NCBI GenBank assembly: GCA_963817895.1
Contig: CAWFQB010000003.1
Location: 224,001 to 288,000 of the forward strand
Origin: an uncultured Chthonomonadaceae bacterium
Lineage (GTDB): Bacteria; Armatimonadota; Chthonomonadetes; Chthonomonadales; Chthonomonadaceae
DNA: 64,000 nt
Direction: 5' to 3'
The position numbers and the translations under genes were made by a program. How positions within the stretch are numbered: the stretch's first letter is position 1; each line of letters opens with the position of its first letter. Of the stretch, positions 10,502 through 21,315 are shown piece by piece. Below the pieces are notes generated by a model. That model worked only from the letters and a program-made list of their open reading frames with translations. It was not told where the DNA came from and made no database searches.

Positions 10502-11320
10502 ATGAACCAGACGCCCGACATAGAACTAGCTTCCGCGAAAATGTATACGCTGTCTTTTTACGATACGATGTCTATGTTTTCGCAAAACTCGGCAGAAGTA
10601 ATTGTTCCGTTGGTTATTCAGAAAACAGGCTGTCGAAGCGTAATTGATGTCGGGTGCGGCGATGGTTCCTGGCTTGCGGTTTTTCAATCACATGGAGTTG
10701 CGAATATCATTGGAGTAGACGGCGACTATGTAGCCCGGGAAACTCTCAAGATCGCGCCGGAATTTTTCCTTGCCGCTGATCTCAGCCAACCTCTGAAAAT
10801 AGAGAAAAGTTGCGATCTCGCTATTTCCATGGAGGTTGGGGAACACTTGCCCGCCGCATCCGCGAAACAGTATGTGCAGTCCCTGTGCCGCCTCGCGCCT
10901 GTCATTTTGTTTTCCGCTGCGGTGCCGGCTCAGGGCGGCGTACATCACATCAATGAGCAATGGCCCGACTACTGGGCGGGGTTGTTTGCGGCGGAAGACT
11001 TTGTGACGATTGACAACATACGCCCGCAGATATGGGATAATGAACATGTTGCGCCCTGGTATGCGCAAAACACATTTATGTACGTGAACAGGGAACACCT
11101 GTCCTGCTATCCAACTCTTGAAGCGGATTCTAAAGCAGGATGGATTGGCAGAGTACGCATCGTTCATCCCGGTCTGCTTGCAGACAAAGAAATGATGCTG
11201 GGCAAGGCGCATACTCTGGAAGAAGCGAAATTACGCGATCTTCTGACTATACAGGCGAACATTCTGCGACGGTTGCCTGCCGCTTTCAAAAACGCTCTGA
11301 CGTTTCGACTGGGCAGATGA
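10502..11320 (+). CDS. Class I SAM-dependent methyltransferase
   Basis: VIDVGCGDG, SMEVGEHL, FSAAVPAQGGVHHINEQW, WYAQN. Confidence 0.88.
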   Translation: MNQTPDIELASAKMYTLSFYDTMSMFSQNSAEVIVPLVIQKTGCRSVIDVGCGDGSWLAVFQSHGVANIIGVDGDYVARETLKIAPEFFLAADLSQPLKIEKSCDLAISMEVGEHLPAASAKQYVQSLCRLAPVILFSAAVPAQGGVHHINEQWPDYWAGLFAAEDFVTIDNIRPQIWDNEHVAPWYAQNTFMYVNREHLSCYPTLEADSKAGWIGRVRIVHPGLLADKEMMLGKAHTLEEAKLRDLLTIQANILRRLPAAFKNALTFRLGR

Positions 11321-11397
11321 GTTGCTGCGAGATGCCAAGTCAGTCGCTTGTAGTGGAATATCGCTACCCAGAAACTTGAACCTAAAGAATTAAATCT

Positions 11398-12606
11398 ATG
11401 TCTTCCAGTCCACCTTCCCTATCGCCGCCGCGTATGCGGCTGGAGTTTTTAGACGGCTTGCGCGGGTTGGCGGCGCTGTGGGTACTCGTATCCCATGCCT
11501 GCCAAATGGTACATATTCGATACAGAATTTTGACCGATCAGCTCTATAGGATGGATAACGACCTGCCGTCTAACTTGTTGCGCGCTCTCCCCTATCTAGA
11601 AGTTGGTCACTATGCTGTCGACATATTTATTGTTCTGTCCGGTTTCTGCTTGATGCTGCCAGTAGTTCGGTCAGCCAGTAGTCAACTTAAAGGCGGTTTT
11701 AGCTGCTATATCAAGCGACGCGCCCGCCGTATTCTGCCGCCTTATTATGCAGCACTTTTACTGTCATTGGCGTTGATACTTCTTGTTCCGGCATTACGGC
11801 AACGTACCGGGGAACTTGTTGGCATGGATGTACCAGCCTTCACGCCCGGTGTTCTAATTTCACACCTGCTTTTGGTTCATAATTTCAGTGCGGGATGGAC
11901 CAACCGCATTGATGGCCCTATGTGGAGCGTGGCGACAGAATGGCAGATTTATTTTGTATTTGCTTTGCTTCTGCTTCCGGTATGGCGAAGATATGGAATG
12001 ATGGCGGCTATTCTGGCCGCTTACGTGGTGGGGAAATTGCCTTCGGTTATTTTACATCGGAACATAGATTGGGCTTGTTTTTGGTTTGTGGGTCTTTTTG
12101 CTCTGGGAATGGCAGGCGCAGTCATGGTTTGCCCGCCCGCGCGAAGTAAGTTCATTCCGCCAGAACGTGTGCCCTGGGGAGCGCTGACAGCTGCAAGCGG
12201 TATTTTACTTATCCTTTGCCTTCAGCACAACTTTTGGGGGCTGCGCGATTGGTTGAGAGATTGGGTAGTCGCCCTCGCCACTATGTGTCTGATTGTGTAT
12301 TGTGGACGGTCAGCGCTGTCGGAAACTAGCCACACGCCCTTGCTGCGCTTCTTATCAAGCAGGTGGGCGGTCAAATTAGGAACGTTTTCTTATAGTATTT
12401 ACCTGGTTCATTATCCACTGCTTGGGATTGCCAATGCGCTGTTTCTACAATGCCATCCGACGCCGATTGCGCGTTTAGCTTTGATGCTGGCAGTAGCAGC
12501 CCCCATCTCAGTCCTGGCAGCCTACGGCTTTCATCTGGTTTTTGAACGCCCGTTTATGTCAGGAGCACCCAGATCAAACAGCACGGAAAGCGCGAAGGTC
12601 ATTTAA
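11398..12606 (+). CDS. Acyltransferase-3 family O-acyltransferase
   Basis: RLEFLDGLRGLAA, FIVLSGF, RARRILPPY, WSVATEWQIY, GTFSYSIYLVH, FERPF. Confidence 0.92.
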   Translation: MSSSPPSLSPPRMRLEFLDGLRGLAALWVLVSHACQMVHIRYRILTDQLYRMDNDLPSNLLRALPYLEVGHYAVDIFIVLSGFCLMLPVVRSASSQLKGGFSCYIKRRARRILPPYYAALLLSLALILLVPALRQRTGELVGMDVPAFTPGVLISHLLLVHNFSAGWTNRIDGPMWSVATEWQIYFVFALLLLPVWRRYGMMAAILAAYVVGKLPSVILHRNIDWACFWFVGLFALGMAGAVMVCPPARSKFIPPERVPWGALTAASGILLILCLQHNFWGLRDWLRDWVVALATMCLIVYCGRSALSETSHTPLLRFLSSRWAVKLGTFSYSIYLVHYPLLGIANALFLQCHPTPIARLALMLAVAAPISVLAAYGFHLVFERPFMSGAPRSNSTESAKVI

Positions 12607-12655
12607 GGACATCACGATGTCTGCTCGTGGTCTGAGCTAAAGGAATTTGTTTCAC

Positions 12656-13231
12656 ATGGCTGCGTTTACAGATGCTGAGATTGAGGCGTTGCCTCGCGAT
12701 AAAAACATTCTTGAACTTGGATGCGGACAAGTCAAGCGCTGTTCTCACTCTACAACCGTAGATTTCAACCCGGACAGCATTGCCGATGTCATTCATGACC
12801 TGAACACTATTCCTTACCCTTTTCAGGATAACGATTTCGATATAATCATAGCCGAGCATGTTTTGGAACACCTGGATGATCTCAAAAGAGTGATCGAAGA
12901 ACTGCATCGCATTCTGAAACCGGGCGGCGTTCTTTACGTGGAGGTTCCGCATTTCAGCAGCAGTCACCATTTTACCGACCCTACGCACCGTCATGCGTTT
13001 ACTTCTCGCAGTTTCGACTATTTCATTCCGGGAACCGCGCTATCCCAATTCAAATATTCGCGAGCGGCGTTCAAACTGCGTAGAGTACATATCACGGCTT
13101 TCGGCGGCGGACGCCTGCGGCAAATGATCCTGAAACGGGTGATGCGCAACTACTACGGGTACGAGGCGAAATACGCCTTCATGTTTCCCGCCGAAGTCAT
13201 TAATTACGAACTGGAAGTCCTTAAACCCTGA
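12656..13231 (+). CDS. Class I SAM-dependent methyltransferase (Methyltransf_11-like)
   Basis: LELGCG, HDLN..PYPF, HVLEHL, RILKPGG, DPTH. Confidence 0.85.
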   Translation: MAAFTDAEIEALPRDKNILELGCGQVKRCSHSTTVDFNPDSIADVIHDLNTIPYPFQDNDFDIIIAEHVLEHLDDLKRVIEELHRILKPGGVLYVEVPHFSSSHHFTDPTHRHAFTSRSFDYFIPGTALSQFKYSRAAFKLRRVHITAFGGGRLRQMILKRVMRNYYGYEAKYAFMFPAEVINYELEVLKP

Positions 13232-13273
13232 ACGCAGAACGGCAACGTTGTCAACCGCCAACCTTGCCGTCCA

Positions 13274-14308
13274 ATGTTCGTGCCGCCAATTATGGAAGAA
13301 ACACCTGCTGCCCACGTAACCTGGCTGCTGCCGATTAAGAACGGAATGCCGTACCTGCCGGAAACGCTGGCTTCCATTGAGGCGCAGACGTACCGCAACT
13401 GGCAAGTGCTGGCGTGGGACAACGGCTCTACCGACGCCACACTGGAAGAACTGCATCACTGGATACCGTCTCGCCTGCCGGGGCGCATCGTCAGCAATCG
13501 TCCGATGGGCTTAGGCGCGTCCCTGGCGGCAATGGTGCAGGAGGCGGATACCGACTTGTGCGCCCGCATTGACGCCGATGATGTCAGCCTGCCGGAACGA
13601 TTGGAAAAACAAGTTGCGTTCCTAGAGACGCATCCCGAAGTCGCCATTGTCGGTACGCAAATTCAGGTGATTGACGAAGCGGGGATACTACAGGAAGCAG
13701 CCTTCACGCTGCCCTGTTCCCATACTCATCTCGTACATTTCCTGTTTTCCGGCTGGGGATTTTACCATCCGACCGTATTATTCCGACGCAGTGCAGTACT
13801 GGAAGTGGGTAACTATCGAGATGTTGGCGCGGTGAATGTTGAAGACGTTGACTTGTGGTTTCGTTTGCTGACGAAATATCAGGGCGCAAATCTAAACGAA
13901 GCCCTTCTGCGCTACCGTGTTCATGCCGGCAGCGTAACCATCCGAGACGCGAAGCTCAATCGGCTTCATAGCGCCGGCAATGCGCGTTTCTGTGAACACG
14001 CGCCGCTACTCTTTGGCCTTCGCTCTGCCCAGGCGCTAAAATGGCGCGAACATCGGCATTTGTGCGCCATTTTCCTGCTGCTGCATGTCGTCAGGCATTT
14101 GCAGCACACACAAGGCGGACATTGGACTCAGCATTTGCGGTGTGAATGGTTCCTCGATTCGGCCAGAAAACATGTGGCGACGAAGGATATAATAACACGG
14201 CTCACACTAGCCCTTCTGGATCGAAGACACAACGCTTTTCGCAACGAAGTGAGCGCATTGCGAACAGCCCTGAATAGGAAAATTTCCCCAACCAAGAGCA
14301 TCGTATGA
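13274..14308 (+). CDS. Glycosyltransferase family 2
   Basis: LLPIKNG, DNGSTD, ARIDADD..LPERLEKQ, HPTVLFRR, EDVDLW. Confidence 0.9.
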   Translation: MFVPPIMEETPAAHVTWLLPIKNGMPYLPETLASIEAQTYRNWQVLAWDNGSTDATLEELHHWIPSRLPGRIVSNRPMGLGASLAAMVQEADTDLCARIDADDVSLPERLEKQVAFLETHPEVAIVGTQIQVIDEAGILQEAAFTLPCSHTHLVHFLFSGWGFYHPTVLFRRSAVLEVGNYRDVGAVNVEDVDLWFRLLTKYQGANLNEALLRYRVHAGSVTIRDAKLNRLHSAGNARFCEHAPLLFGLRSAQALKWREHRHLCAIFLLLHVVRHLQHTQGGHWTQHLRCEWFLDSARKHVATKDIITRLTLALLDRRHNAFRNEVSALRTALNRKISPTKSIV

Positions 14309-14371
14309 GTCTCTTGTGTGAATTTCTCGATAAAATTGTTTAATACGGTATTGGGAAGTGCCGCGAAACCT

Positions 14372-15626
14372 GGTAGCCCCACAGTTAAGTGTGATTATGC
14401 TTGTGCGCTCGTTTGCGCCGTTTTCTTGCCGCTTCCCGGTGGGCGGCCCCGCCGCTTTCTGGCAACAAACGGCGCAGGCGGTACTCGGTAGGCGAACAAA
14501 TCGGTCACGCTCCAGCACTCTTGCGTGATCCCCGCGGCCATCGCCGGAGTACGCTGTTGCCACTTGCCCGAACCTTTGCCCTGCTCCTGGCGCAGGCTCT
14601 TGTGAAACGTACAGAAGTTGTACACGCAACCGAGCAAGTACATGCCCGCCTGCAATGTGGCTTCGTGGCGAACTAAACACCGACCGCGCCGTGTCAAGCA
14701 ACACAGCCGTTGCCGGAAGGTCGCATTGAGCCGTTCGATATAGGCCGTGTTGAGTTTGTGTTCGTCGGGCTGCAAGCCTTGCAGTTGATCCACCGTGCCG
14801 TGTATCAGACGTTGCGCGACGCCAATCACGCGCCCACGTTCGTGCTGCTTGACCACTTGCCCGATTACCAGATGCGGCCACGTCTGTAAACGCGGGCGAC
14901 CTACCTTGCCGGTACGAACCGCCTCGCGGAAGGCGTGGCACCAGGCCGGAACATAACTGCTCAAGCCATCGCTCATCAGCAGCAAGGGCGCGTGTTGCGC
15001 ACAGGCTTTGACCACAGCGACCAGACGGACAATCAGGCGTTTGTCTCGGTGCGGCGAGAGAACCCCGCCCAGCCACAAGCGCGAGGGAACGCAGATTGCC
15101 ATCGCCATCCAGATCACCAGACGCGCTTGCAGCTTGACGCGAACCTCATCGGCTTGCACCTGCTGCAAGTCGCGCGCGTGTCCTGTCACCAGATGCGTGT
15201 GGACGGCTTCACAATGTTGCCCCGCTTTGTGCTGCCAGTTCGTGACGGTTCGCTCGTCAAAGCCGAAAGCGCGGACAATGGCAGGAAGCGGACACCCACA
15301 GGCGAGAAGTGTCAGCACACAGATGACGATCTTGGGGTCGGTGCGCAGCCGGTAGAACAGGGTTCCGTTGCTGGCGCTAAAGGTGTGTCCGCAGGTCTTG
15401 CAGCGAAAGCGGTCGCGCAGACTGTCGTGAACGATGATGTTGCCTGCATTTTGCAAGCCTCTTGACGAACAGGCCAGATTAAGGCAGAATAGGGGGTGTG
15501 GGTTCATGGCGACCTCCGTGAGTTTTGGTGTGGTAACCAACTCTACGAAGCAGCCGAACCCACTTGCGCATTCACCCACCCTGTTGCGCCGCAACCCTAC
15601 TTTTCACCGTTTAATGCGGTGCTACC
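14372..15626 (-). mobile_element. Complete IS1-family insertion sequence, 1255 bp
   Basis: Imperfect 23-bp terminal IRs (GGTAGCCCCACAGTTAAGTGTGA vs GGTAGCACCGCATTAAACGGTGA, 17/23 match). Flanked by an exact 8-bp direct repeat CGAAACCT at 14364-14371 and 15627-15634. One transposase ORF. Confidence 0.9.
14395..15507 (-). CDS. IS1-family DDE transposase (single ORF)
   Basis: N-terminal Zn ribbon (C-x4-C...CKTC), HTH region, QADE / SDG / IERLN catalytic motifs. GGAGGT RBS upstream of ATG 15507. Confidence 0.85.
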   Translation of the reverse strand: MNPHPLFCLNLACSSRGLQNAGNIIVHDSLRDRFRCKTCGHTFSASNGTLFYRLRTDPKIVICVLTLLACGCPLPAIVRAFGFDERTVTNWQHKAGQHCEAVHTHLVTGHARDLQQVQADEVRVKLQARLVIWMAMAICVPSRLWLGGVLSPHRDKRLIVRLVAVVKACAQHAPLLLMSDGLSSYVPAWCHAFREAVRTGKVGRPRLQTWPHLVIGQVVKQHERGRVIGVAQRLIHGTVDQLQGLQPDEHKLNTAYIERLNATFRQRLCCLTRRGRCLVRHEATLQAGMYLLGCVYNFCTFHKSLRQEQGKGSGKWQQRTPAMAAGITQECWSVTDLFAYRVPPAPFVARKRRGRPPGSGKKTAQTSAQA

Positions 15627-15641
15627 CGAAACCTGCAAAGC

Positions 15642-16749
15642 ATGAACTTATCCATAGATGCCAGTTTACTTACCGCCAGCAATTGGTCCGGCGTCCATTT
15701 CTATTCCTACCACATTTTAAATGAAATGACGGACATCGGTAGGGAGAACGTTTTTCACTTACACTTTAATCATTCGGGAATGAATGAATTGCTCACCGGT
15801 CTTTTGAACAAGCCGAACGTGACTCGTCATTGCCGTATCGGACGACGGCTGTACTACGGCATGATGCCTTTTGACGTGCTGCGTCTGCGCAGTAAGGTGT
15901 TTTACGTGCTGGATATGGAATTAAAAACGTCCCTTCCCTGTCCTGCCTCCGTCACCATCTACGATTGTGGTGAGCATATACTGCCGACTTACTATAACAA
16001 CGTCGATCCCCTGGCCGCGCGAGCGCGTACCGGGCGGCTGTTACGCAACGTTCCACTGGTTGTTACCATTTCGGAAACGATCAAAGAAGAAGTGCAAGAG
16101 TTGTTCCATGTATTGCCAGAGCGTATTCTTGTCGCGCCGCCGGCTGCGCAGCCATTGCAGATAGAACATATCGGCAAACGCCCAAAGAACCTGCCGATTG
16201 ATAAGCCATTCTTTCTCATGGTCAACCCCGGGCGGAGCTATAAGAATTGGCAGGACGCTCTGAGCGCGTTTGCGATTTATTGCTGTCAGCATACTGATAA
16301 AGAAAGCTTGGCTTTTGGTTCTTGCGGGTGAGCTGCGGGGAGAAACAGAAGCTATTCATAAGACGATTTCTGAGAATCCCATGCTTGCGCAACGCGTAAT
16401 CTGTCTCGGTTATGTCACCAAAACCGAATTGACGCACCTTTATCGTAATGCGCGTTTGCTCGTATTGCCCTCCTTATATGAAGGTTTTGGCATGCCCGCG
16501 TTAGAAGCAATGGAATGTGGTTTGCCCGTAATAACCTCCGATATACCTGTTCTGAGAGAAGTCACACAAGATGCTGCGCTTCATGTTCCTGTAGGGCAGC
16601 CGGAAGCCTTTGCAGTAGCAATGCACACATTGCAGCAGGGTGGCGCGTTTCGTGAACATTTAGTGCAAAAGGGTCGGGAACGGTCTCAATCTTACTCCTG
16701 GCAGACAAGCGCGCAGGCAATCTACGATGGGTTGATTGCTTTAACCTAA
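15642..16749 (+). pseudogene. Glycosyltransferase family 4, frameshifted near 16310 (possible sequencing indel)
   Basis: ORFs 15642-16331 and 16270-16749 are consecutive halves. The second carries PSLYEGFGMPALEAM. Confidence 0.82.
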
Positions 16750-16883
16750 GCCTTTATTCAAATTCAACGCCTGTGGTTTATTAACCAGGCAAAGCGATGT
16801 AGCGCCAGGCGTAATTGCGAACAACTTACAGGTCGTGAAGCATTCAATTAAGGAACGTTTATGATAGGAAAGCATAAAAACGC

Positions 16884-17969
16884 ATGAAAGTTCTTCTCTG
16901 GATGCCTACTGCAAGCGTTATTCCCGGCGGGCATCGCGTTCAGCTGGAGCAGACCAGTAAACACCTCAATGCAATTGGCGTTTGCGCCCACATCACGGTG
17001 GAGCCGGATCCCGACCTCTCCCCTTATGATGTGGTGCATGGTTTTACGTTATCCACGCATGATTTACGACGTTGCCGTACATATGGGATTCCTGTTGTGC
17101 TGTCCCCGATTTACTGGAACCGCGCCTACGTTATGGGGCTGAACAGGCGCGTCACCAACTGGCGTACCTGGAAAACACGCAGTCGGCATGGTGTTGTCCT
17201 TCTGCGCAGCGCCTTGATGGGACAGCATATCGAAAAATGTGAAGCGTATGTCCACTGGCTGCAAACGCAACGTATTCTTTTTGAACTGGCGGATTTACTC
17301 TTGCCGAACTCGGAAATGGAAGCGCAAACTCTTTATGCTGAACTGCAAGTGACAACCCCCTATTGCGTTGTTCCCAACGCAGTAGACCACCGAAGATTTG
17401 AGCTGCCCAACGCGCAGACGCCACAGCAACGTGACCATGTATTGTACGCGGGCCGCATAGAGCCGCATAAAAATCAACTGGGGTTGATTCAGGCCATGCG
17501 CGGGTCGAATATCCCGGTGGTGATTGTTGGCCCGCCACATCCCCATCACCCGGATTATTATACGCAATGCAAACGTATGGCAACCGGCAACATATCGCTG
17601 CTGCCAGGCGTTGAACACGACCAGTTGCCGCTCTTATACCAGGCCGCCAGAGCGCATGTTCTGCCAAGCAAGTTTGAAACCACCGGATTGGTTTCGCTGG
17701 AGGCGGCTTTGTGCGGCTGTAATATCGTAACCACGCAGCAGGGCTATGCGCGGGAATACTTTCAGGATATGGCCTGGTACTGCGACCCCGCCGATCCGCG
17801 CTCCATTCGTCGCGCCATCGAATCCGCTTTTCACGCTCCGCCGCGCCCCGAACTGCGGCAGCACATTCTGGCCCGCTATACCTGGGAGCATACGGCTCAG
17901 GCCACGCTCGCCGCTTATGAGCAAGCTCTGCGATCTCGTCGGCGCGACCGTGCCGCCATCGTAGCCTGA
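16884..17969 (+). CDS. Glycosyltransferase family 4
   Basis: PGGHRVQ, VPNAVD, GRIEPHKNQ, PSKFETTGLVSLEA. Confidence 0.92.
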   Translation: MKVLLWMPTASVIPGGHRVQLEQTSKHLNAIGVCAHITVEPDPDLSPYDVVHGFTLSTHDLRRCRTYGIPVVLSPIYWNRAYVMGLNRRVTNWRTWKTRSRHGVVLLRSALMGQHIEKCEAYVHWLQTQRILFELADLLLPNSEMEAQTLYAELQVTTPYCVVPNAVDHRRFELPNAQTPQQRDHVLYAGRIEPHKNQLGLIQAMRGSNIPVVIVGPPHPHHPDYYTQCKRMATGNISLLPGVEHDQLPLLYQAARAHVLPSKFETTGLVSLEAALCGCNIVTTQQGYAREYFQDMAWYCDPADPRSIRRAIESAFHAPPRPELRQHILARYTWEHTAQATLAAYEQALRSRRRDRAAIVA

Positions 17970-18019
17970 GTAGAGAAAGTATCCCATACTTGCGCGTGGA
18001 ATGGAACAAACCTGCACCC

Positions 18020-19078
18020 ATGAACATTGCTATAACTTCGTTATATTTGCCGAGTGGGAGCAAAATCGGCGTTGGCTATCAGGTGCATTATCTTGCCAAC
18101 GAGATGATAAAACGCGGGCATCAGGTGACGGTATTCAGTCAAACCGGCACGTCTGAGGACTCGCTGTACAATGTGCAGGTGATTTCTTCCGGCAGGCATT
18201 TGCGCACATTCGGCTTCGCGTGGAATCTGCGCCACGTTGATTTCTCCGGTTTCGATGTGCTGAACGCGCATGGCGATGATTGGTTCCTCTGGGGCCGCAA
18301 GCGTCCGCGCCACATCCATACCTTCATGGGGTCGTGCAAAGCGGAGATGCTCCACGCCCGAACACTGGCCGGCAAAGCCCGCATGGGCGCGCTTGCCTTA
18401 TGCGAGTGGAACGCCTGTTTTCTTGCCGATGAATTGGTCGCCATCTCTGAAAACACGCGCCGCTATATTCCCCGCGTCAAGCATGTGATACCCTGCGGCG
18501 TCAATATCGAAGCCTTTGCGCCTAATATGCCTGATGGAGCAAAATCTGGTATGCCATCCCTGCTTTTTGTTGGTACAATGAAAGGACGCAAACGCGGCGC
18601 GATGTTGCTGGATTTGTTTCAGCGCGAAATTCGTCCCCGCGTTCCCGGCGCGGAGTTCTGGGCCGTGTGCGAAGAGCCGGTAGAGGGCGAAGGCGTCCGC
18701 TGGTTCGGGCGCGTCCCGTTTGAGCAGCTGACCGATCTTTACCGCCACGCCTGGGTCTTCTGTCTTCCCAGCTCGTATGAGGGGTTTGGCGTTCCTTATA
18801 TTGAAGCAATGGCGGCGGGAACGCCTGTTGTCGCTTCGCCGAATGTGGGCGCTGTCGAAGTGACGCAGGGCGGGCAAAGCGGCCTGATTGCCCCCGATGC
18901 CGAACTCGCAGCTGCTCTTATGCGTGTTCTGACGGACGAAGCCCTGCGCCAAAAATTGCGAACGGCAGGACTGGAACGGGCCAAAGATTTCTCCTGGGAG
19001 CGGGTCTGCGCCCAATACGAACAAATTTATCAGGGCAATTCCGCGCCGCAGCATCCGATAACACCTGTCGGCGTGTAA
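18020..19078 (+). CDS. Glycosyltransferase family 4
   Basis: IPCGV, FVG....RKRG, PSSYEGFGVPYIEAMAAG. Start placed at MNIAI. Confidence 0.92.
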   Translation: MNIAITSLYLPSGSKIGVGYQVHYLANEMIKRGHQVTVFSQTGTSEDSLYNVQVISSGRHLRTFGFAWNLRHVDFSGFDVLNAHGDDWFLWGRKRPRHIHTFMGSCKAEMLHARTLAGKARMGALALCEWNACFLADELVAISENTRRYIPRVKHVIPCGVNIEAFAPNMPDGAKSGMPSLLFVGTMKGRKRGAMLLDLFQREIRPRVPGAEFWAVCEEPVEGEGVRWFGRVPFEQLTDLYRHAWVFCLPSSYEGFGVPYIEAMAAGTPVVASPNVGAVEVTQGGQSGLIAPDAELAAALMRVLTDEALRQKLRTAGLERAKDFSWERVCAQYEQIYQGNSAPQHPITPVGV

Positions 19079-19159
19079 TTGCGCGTAAGGGTTCCGTACT
19101 CGTAATCAGGGTTTATGGCGGGATCAAAGCCATTATCGTAACGCATTTCGGGGTAAGGG

Positions 19160-20167
19160 TTGATGTTTATGAAGGCGTTTCTGGCCGTCGCCGTGCCTTT
19201 TCCTCCGACTGAAACGGCTGTCTGCACTTTTTTGGAACTTGCCCGAAAGGACAGGTTCGGCGTCCATACCATCACGGACAATCCCGATAGCGCGGATTTG
19301 ATTCTGTTTGTAGACCCGCACCAGATACCGGGCGATTGGCGGTTGCGTCCCATACGGCGGCATCCGCTTGCCGTCAAATATCGCGGCAAGACGATGGTCT
19401 ACGATGAGCGGGATCAACCCTGGCGCGCCCTGCCCGGATTATACGTCAGCATGCCGTCGCCGGTATTTGATACGCGCCGCCAACGCGCCTGCGCCTACCA
19501 CTGTGTGGCTAATGCGCCCCTGCGCGTTTCGGACGAAGTTCCCGATTTGTTGTTTTCGTTCATGGGCGGCAGGACGCACAAAGTTCGTAACGCGATTTTT
19601 CAACTTGAACACGCGCGCGCCCATATTGAAGACACATCAAACATTAATTTTTTTGTGGACAGGGGTGAACCTGAACGCGCGGCGAGGCTTCACACTCAGA
19701 AACAGCGTTTCGCGGAAATGATAAACCGCTCCATGTTTGTCTTGTGTCCGCGCGGGGCGGGAACGTCGTCCATTCGGCTTTATGAAGTTCTGGCAGCCGG
19801 GCGCGTCCCTGTTGTTATCAGCGACGATTGGGTTCCGCCCATCGGCCCCGATTGGAATGGGTGTATTCTGCGCGTCCGCGAAGGCGACATTGCCGCAATT
19901 CCGGCATTGCTGGAAGCGGCGGAGCCACGTTATGAGGAGATGGCGGCCAGCGCATTTCGCGCCTGTCAGGAGTGGTTCGCGCCGGACGTGATTTTTCACC
20001 GAATGATGGAAAGTTGCCAGGAATTGCTGCACAGTGGGGAGGCGTTCGAGCCGGCTTCATCCTTTAACCGCCAGTATATCCGCTTCACGGCGCGCGAGGC
20101 CAAAGCAAAGGCGCGTCAGTTTTGGCGGCAACTCCGAACCCGCCTATCGGAACGGGAAAAGCCATGA
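19160..20167 (+). CDS. Exostosin-family (GT47-like) protein
   Basis: LFSFMG, then SMFVLCPRGAGTSSIRLYEVLAAGRVPVVISDDWVPP, matching the exostosin C-terminal signature. Confidence 0.8.
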   Translation: MMFMKAFLAVAVPFPPTETAVCTFLELARKDRFGVHTITDNPDSADLILFVDPHQIPGDWRLRPIRRHPLAVKYRGKTMVYDERDQPWRALPGLYVSMPSPVFDTRRQRACAYHCVANAPLRVSDEVPDLLFSFMGGRTHKVRNAIFQLEHARAHIEDTSNINFFVDRGEPERAARLHTQKQRFAEMINRSMFVLCPRGAGTSSIRLYEVLAAGRVPVVISDDWVPPIGPDWNGCILRVREGDIAAIPALLEAAEPRYEEMAASAFRACQEWFAPDVIFHRMMESCQELLHSGEAFEPASSFNRQYIRFTAREAKAKARQFWRQLRTRLSEREKP

Positions 20168-21315
20168 ACGTTGCCCTGTTTGCCAGCGCGTTTCATCCCA
20201 GCCTGGGCGGCGTCGAAGAGTTGGTACGGCAGCTTGCCCACATCTATCCGGGCAAGGGAGCGCAGCCGATTGTGATTACCAATCGCTGGCCCCGAACCCT
20301 GCCCGCGTATGAGGAGTACGAAGGAATCCCGCTGTATCGTATTGCGATGCGCGTGCCGGAAGGCGGCCTGAAAGCGCGCGCCAATTACGCGCTCACCCAT
20401 TCGGCCATACGACGCAGCCTGCGGCGCATTTTGACCGAGCGCGAAATAGAGTTGCTGCACGTCCAATGCGTCAGTTCCAACGGCTACTACGCGCTGCTTG
20501 CGAAACATGCCCTGAACCTGCCGCTTGTCGTCACGACGCAGGGCGAACGGACAATGGACGCCACAGGTTTATACCGGCGCAGCGCGTTTATGAACCGCGT
20601 TTTGCGTCAACTGCTTATGGAGGCCGATTACATCACGGCCTGTTCGCGTCACACGCTTGATGACATGGAGGGCTACTTCGGCGCGCCGTTCGGCGACCGC
20701 GCCGGTGTCATTTACAACGGCATTGAGACGAGGGACTTTTTGCAGGGCGAACCCTACGCGCATCCGCGCCCTTATGTGCTGGGCATTGGCCGCATGGTAG
20801 CGCAAAAAGGCTTCGATACGCTGGTACGCGCTTTTGCGCAGGCCGATATGCCCGGTTACGATCTGCTGCTGGCAGGCGACGGCGAAGAACGCCCCGCGCT
20901 GCAAACCTTAACCACAAGTCTCGGTTTGAATACTCGCGTCCACTTTTCAGGACGCGCTGACAGGAGCATGGCAGTGGCGCTTTTTAAGGGCTGCGCGTTT
21001 TTCGCCCTGCCGTCGCGCCAGGAGCCGTTCGGCATTGTCAATCTGGAAGCGATGGCGGCAAGTAAAGCCGTTGTCGCCACGCGAGTTGGCGGCGTGCCGG
21101 AAATCGTACAGGAGGGGCAAACCGGACTGCTGGTTCCTCCCGATGACCCTGACGCGCTTGCCGCCGCCCTGACGCGCCTTGCGACCGACTCGGCTTTGCG
21201 TTGCCGTCTGGCCGATGCGGGGCGGGAACGCGCCCAACAGTTTACCTGGTCCGCTATTGCCGGGCAGTATCTGGAAGTGTATCGTCGCGTGCAGCACAGG
21301 AAATCTACCGGATGA
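20164..21315 (+). CDS. Glycosyltransferase family 4
   Basis: PSLGGVE, IYNGI, GRMVAQKGFD, PSRQEPFGIVNLEAMA. ATGA overlap with the previous gene. Confidence 0.92.
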   Translation: MNVALFASAFHPSLGGVEELVRQLAHIYPGKGAQPIVITNRWPRTLPAYEEYEGIPLYRIAMRVPEGGLKARANYALTHSAIRRSLRRILTEREIELLHVQCVSSNGYYALLAKHALNLPLVVTTQGERTMDATGLYRRSAFMNRVLRQLLMEADYITACSRHTLDDMEGYFGAPFGDRAGVIYNGIETRDFLQGEPYAHPRPYVLGIGRMVAQKGFDTLVRAFAQADMPGYDLLLAGDGEERPALQTLTTSLGLNTRVHFSGRADRSMAVALFKGCAFFALPSRQEPFGIVNLEAMAASKAVVATRVGGVPEIVQEGQTGLLVPPDDPDALAAALTRLATDSALRCRLADAGRERAQQFTWSAIAGQYLEVYRRVQHRKSTG

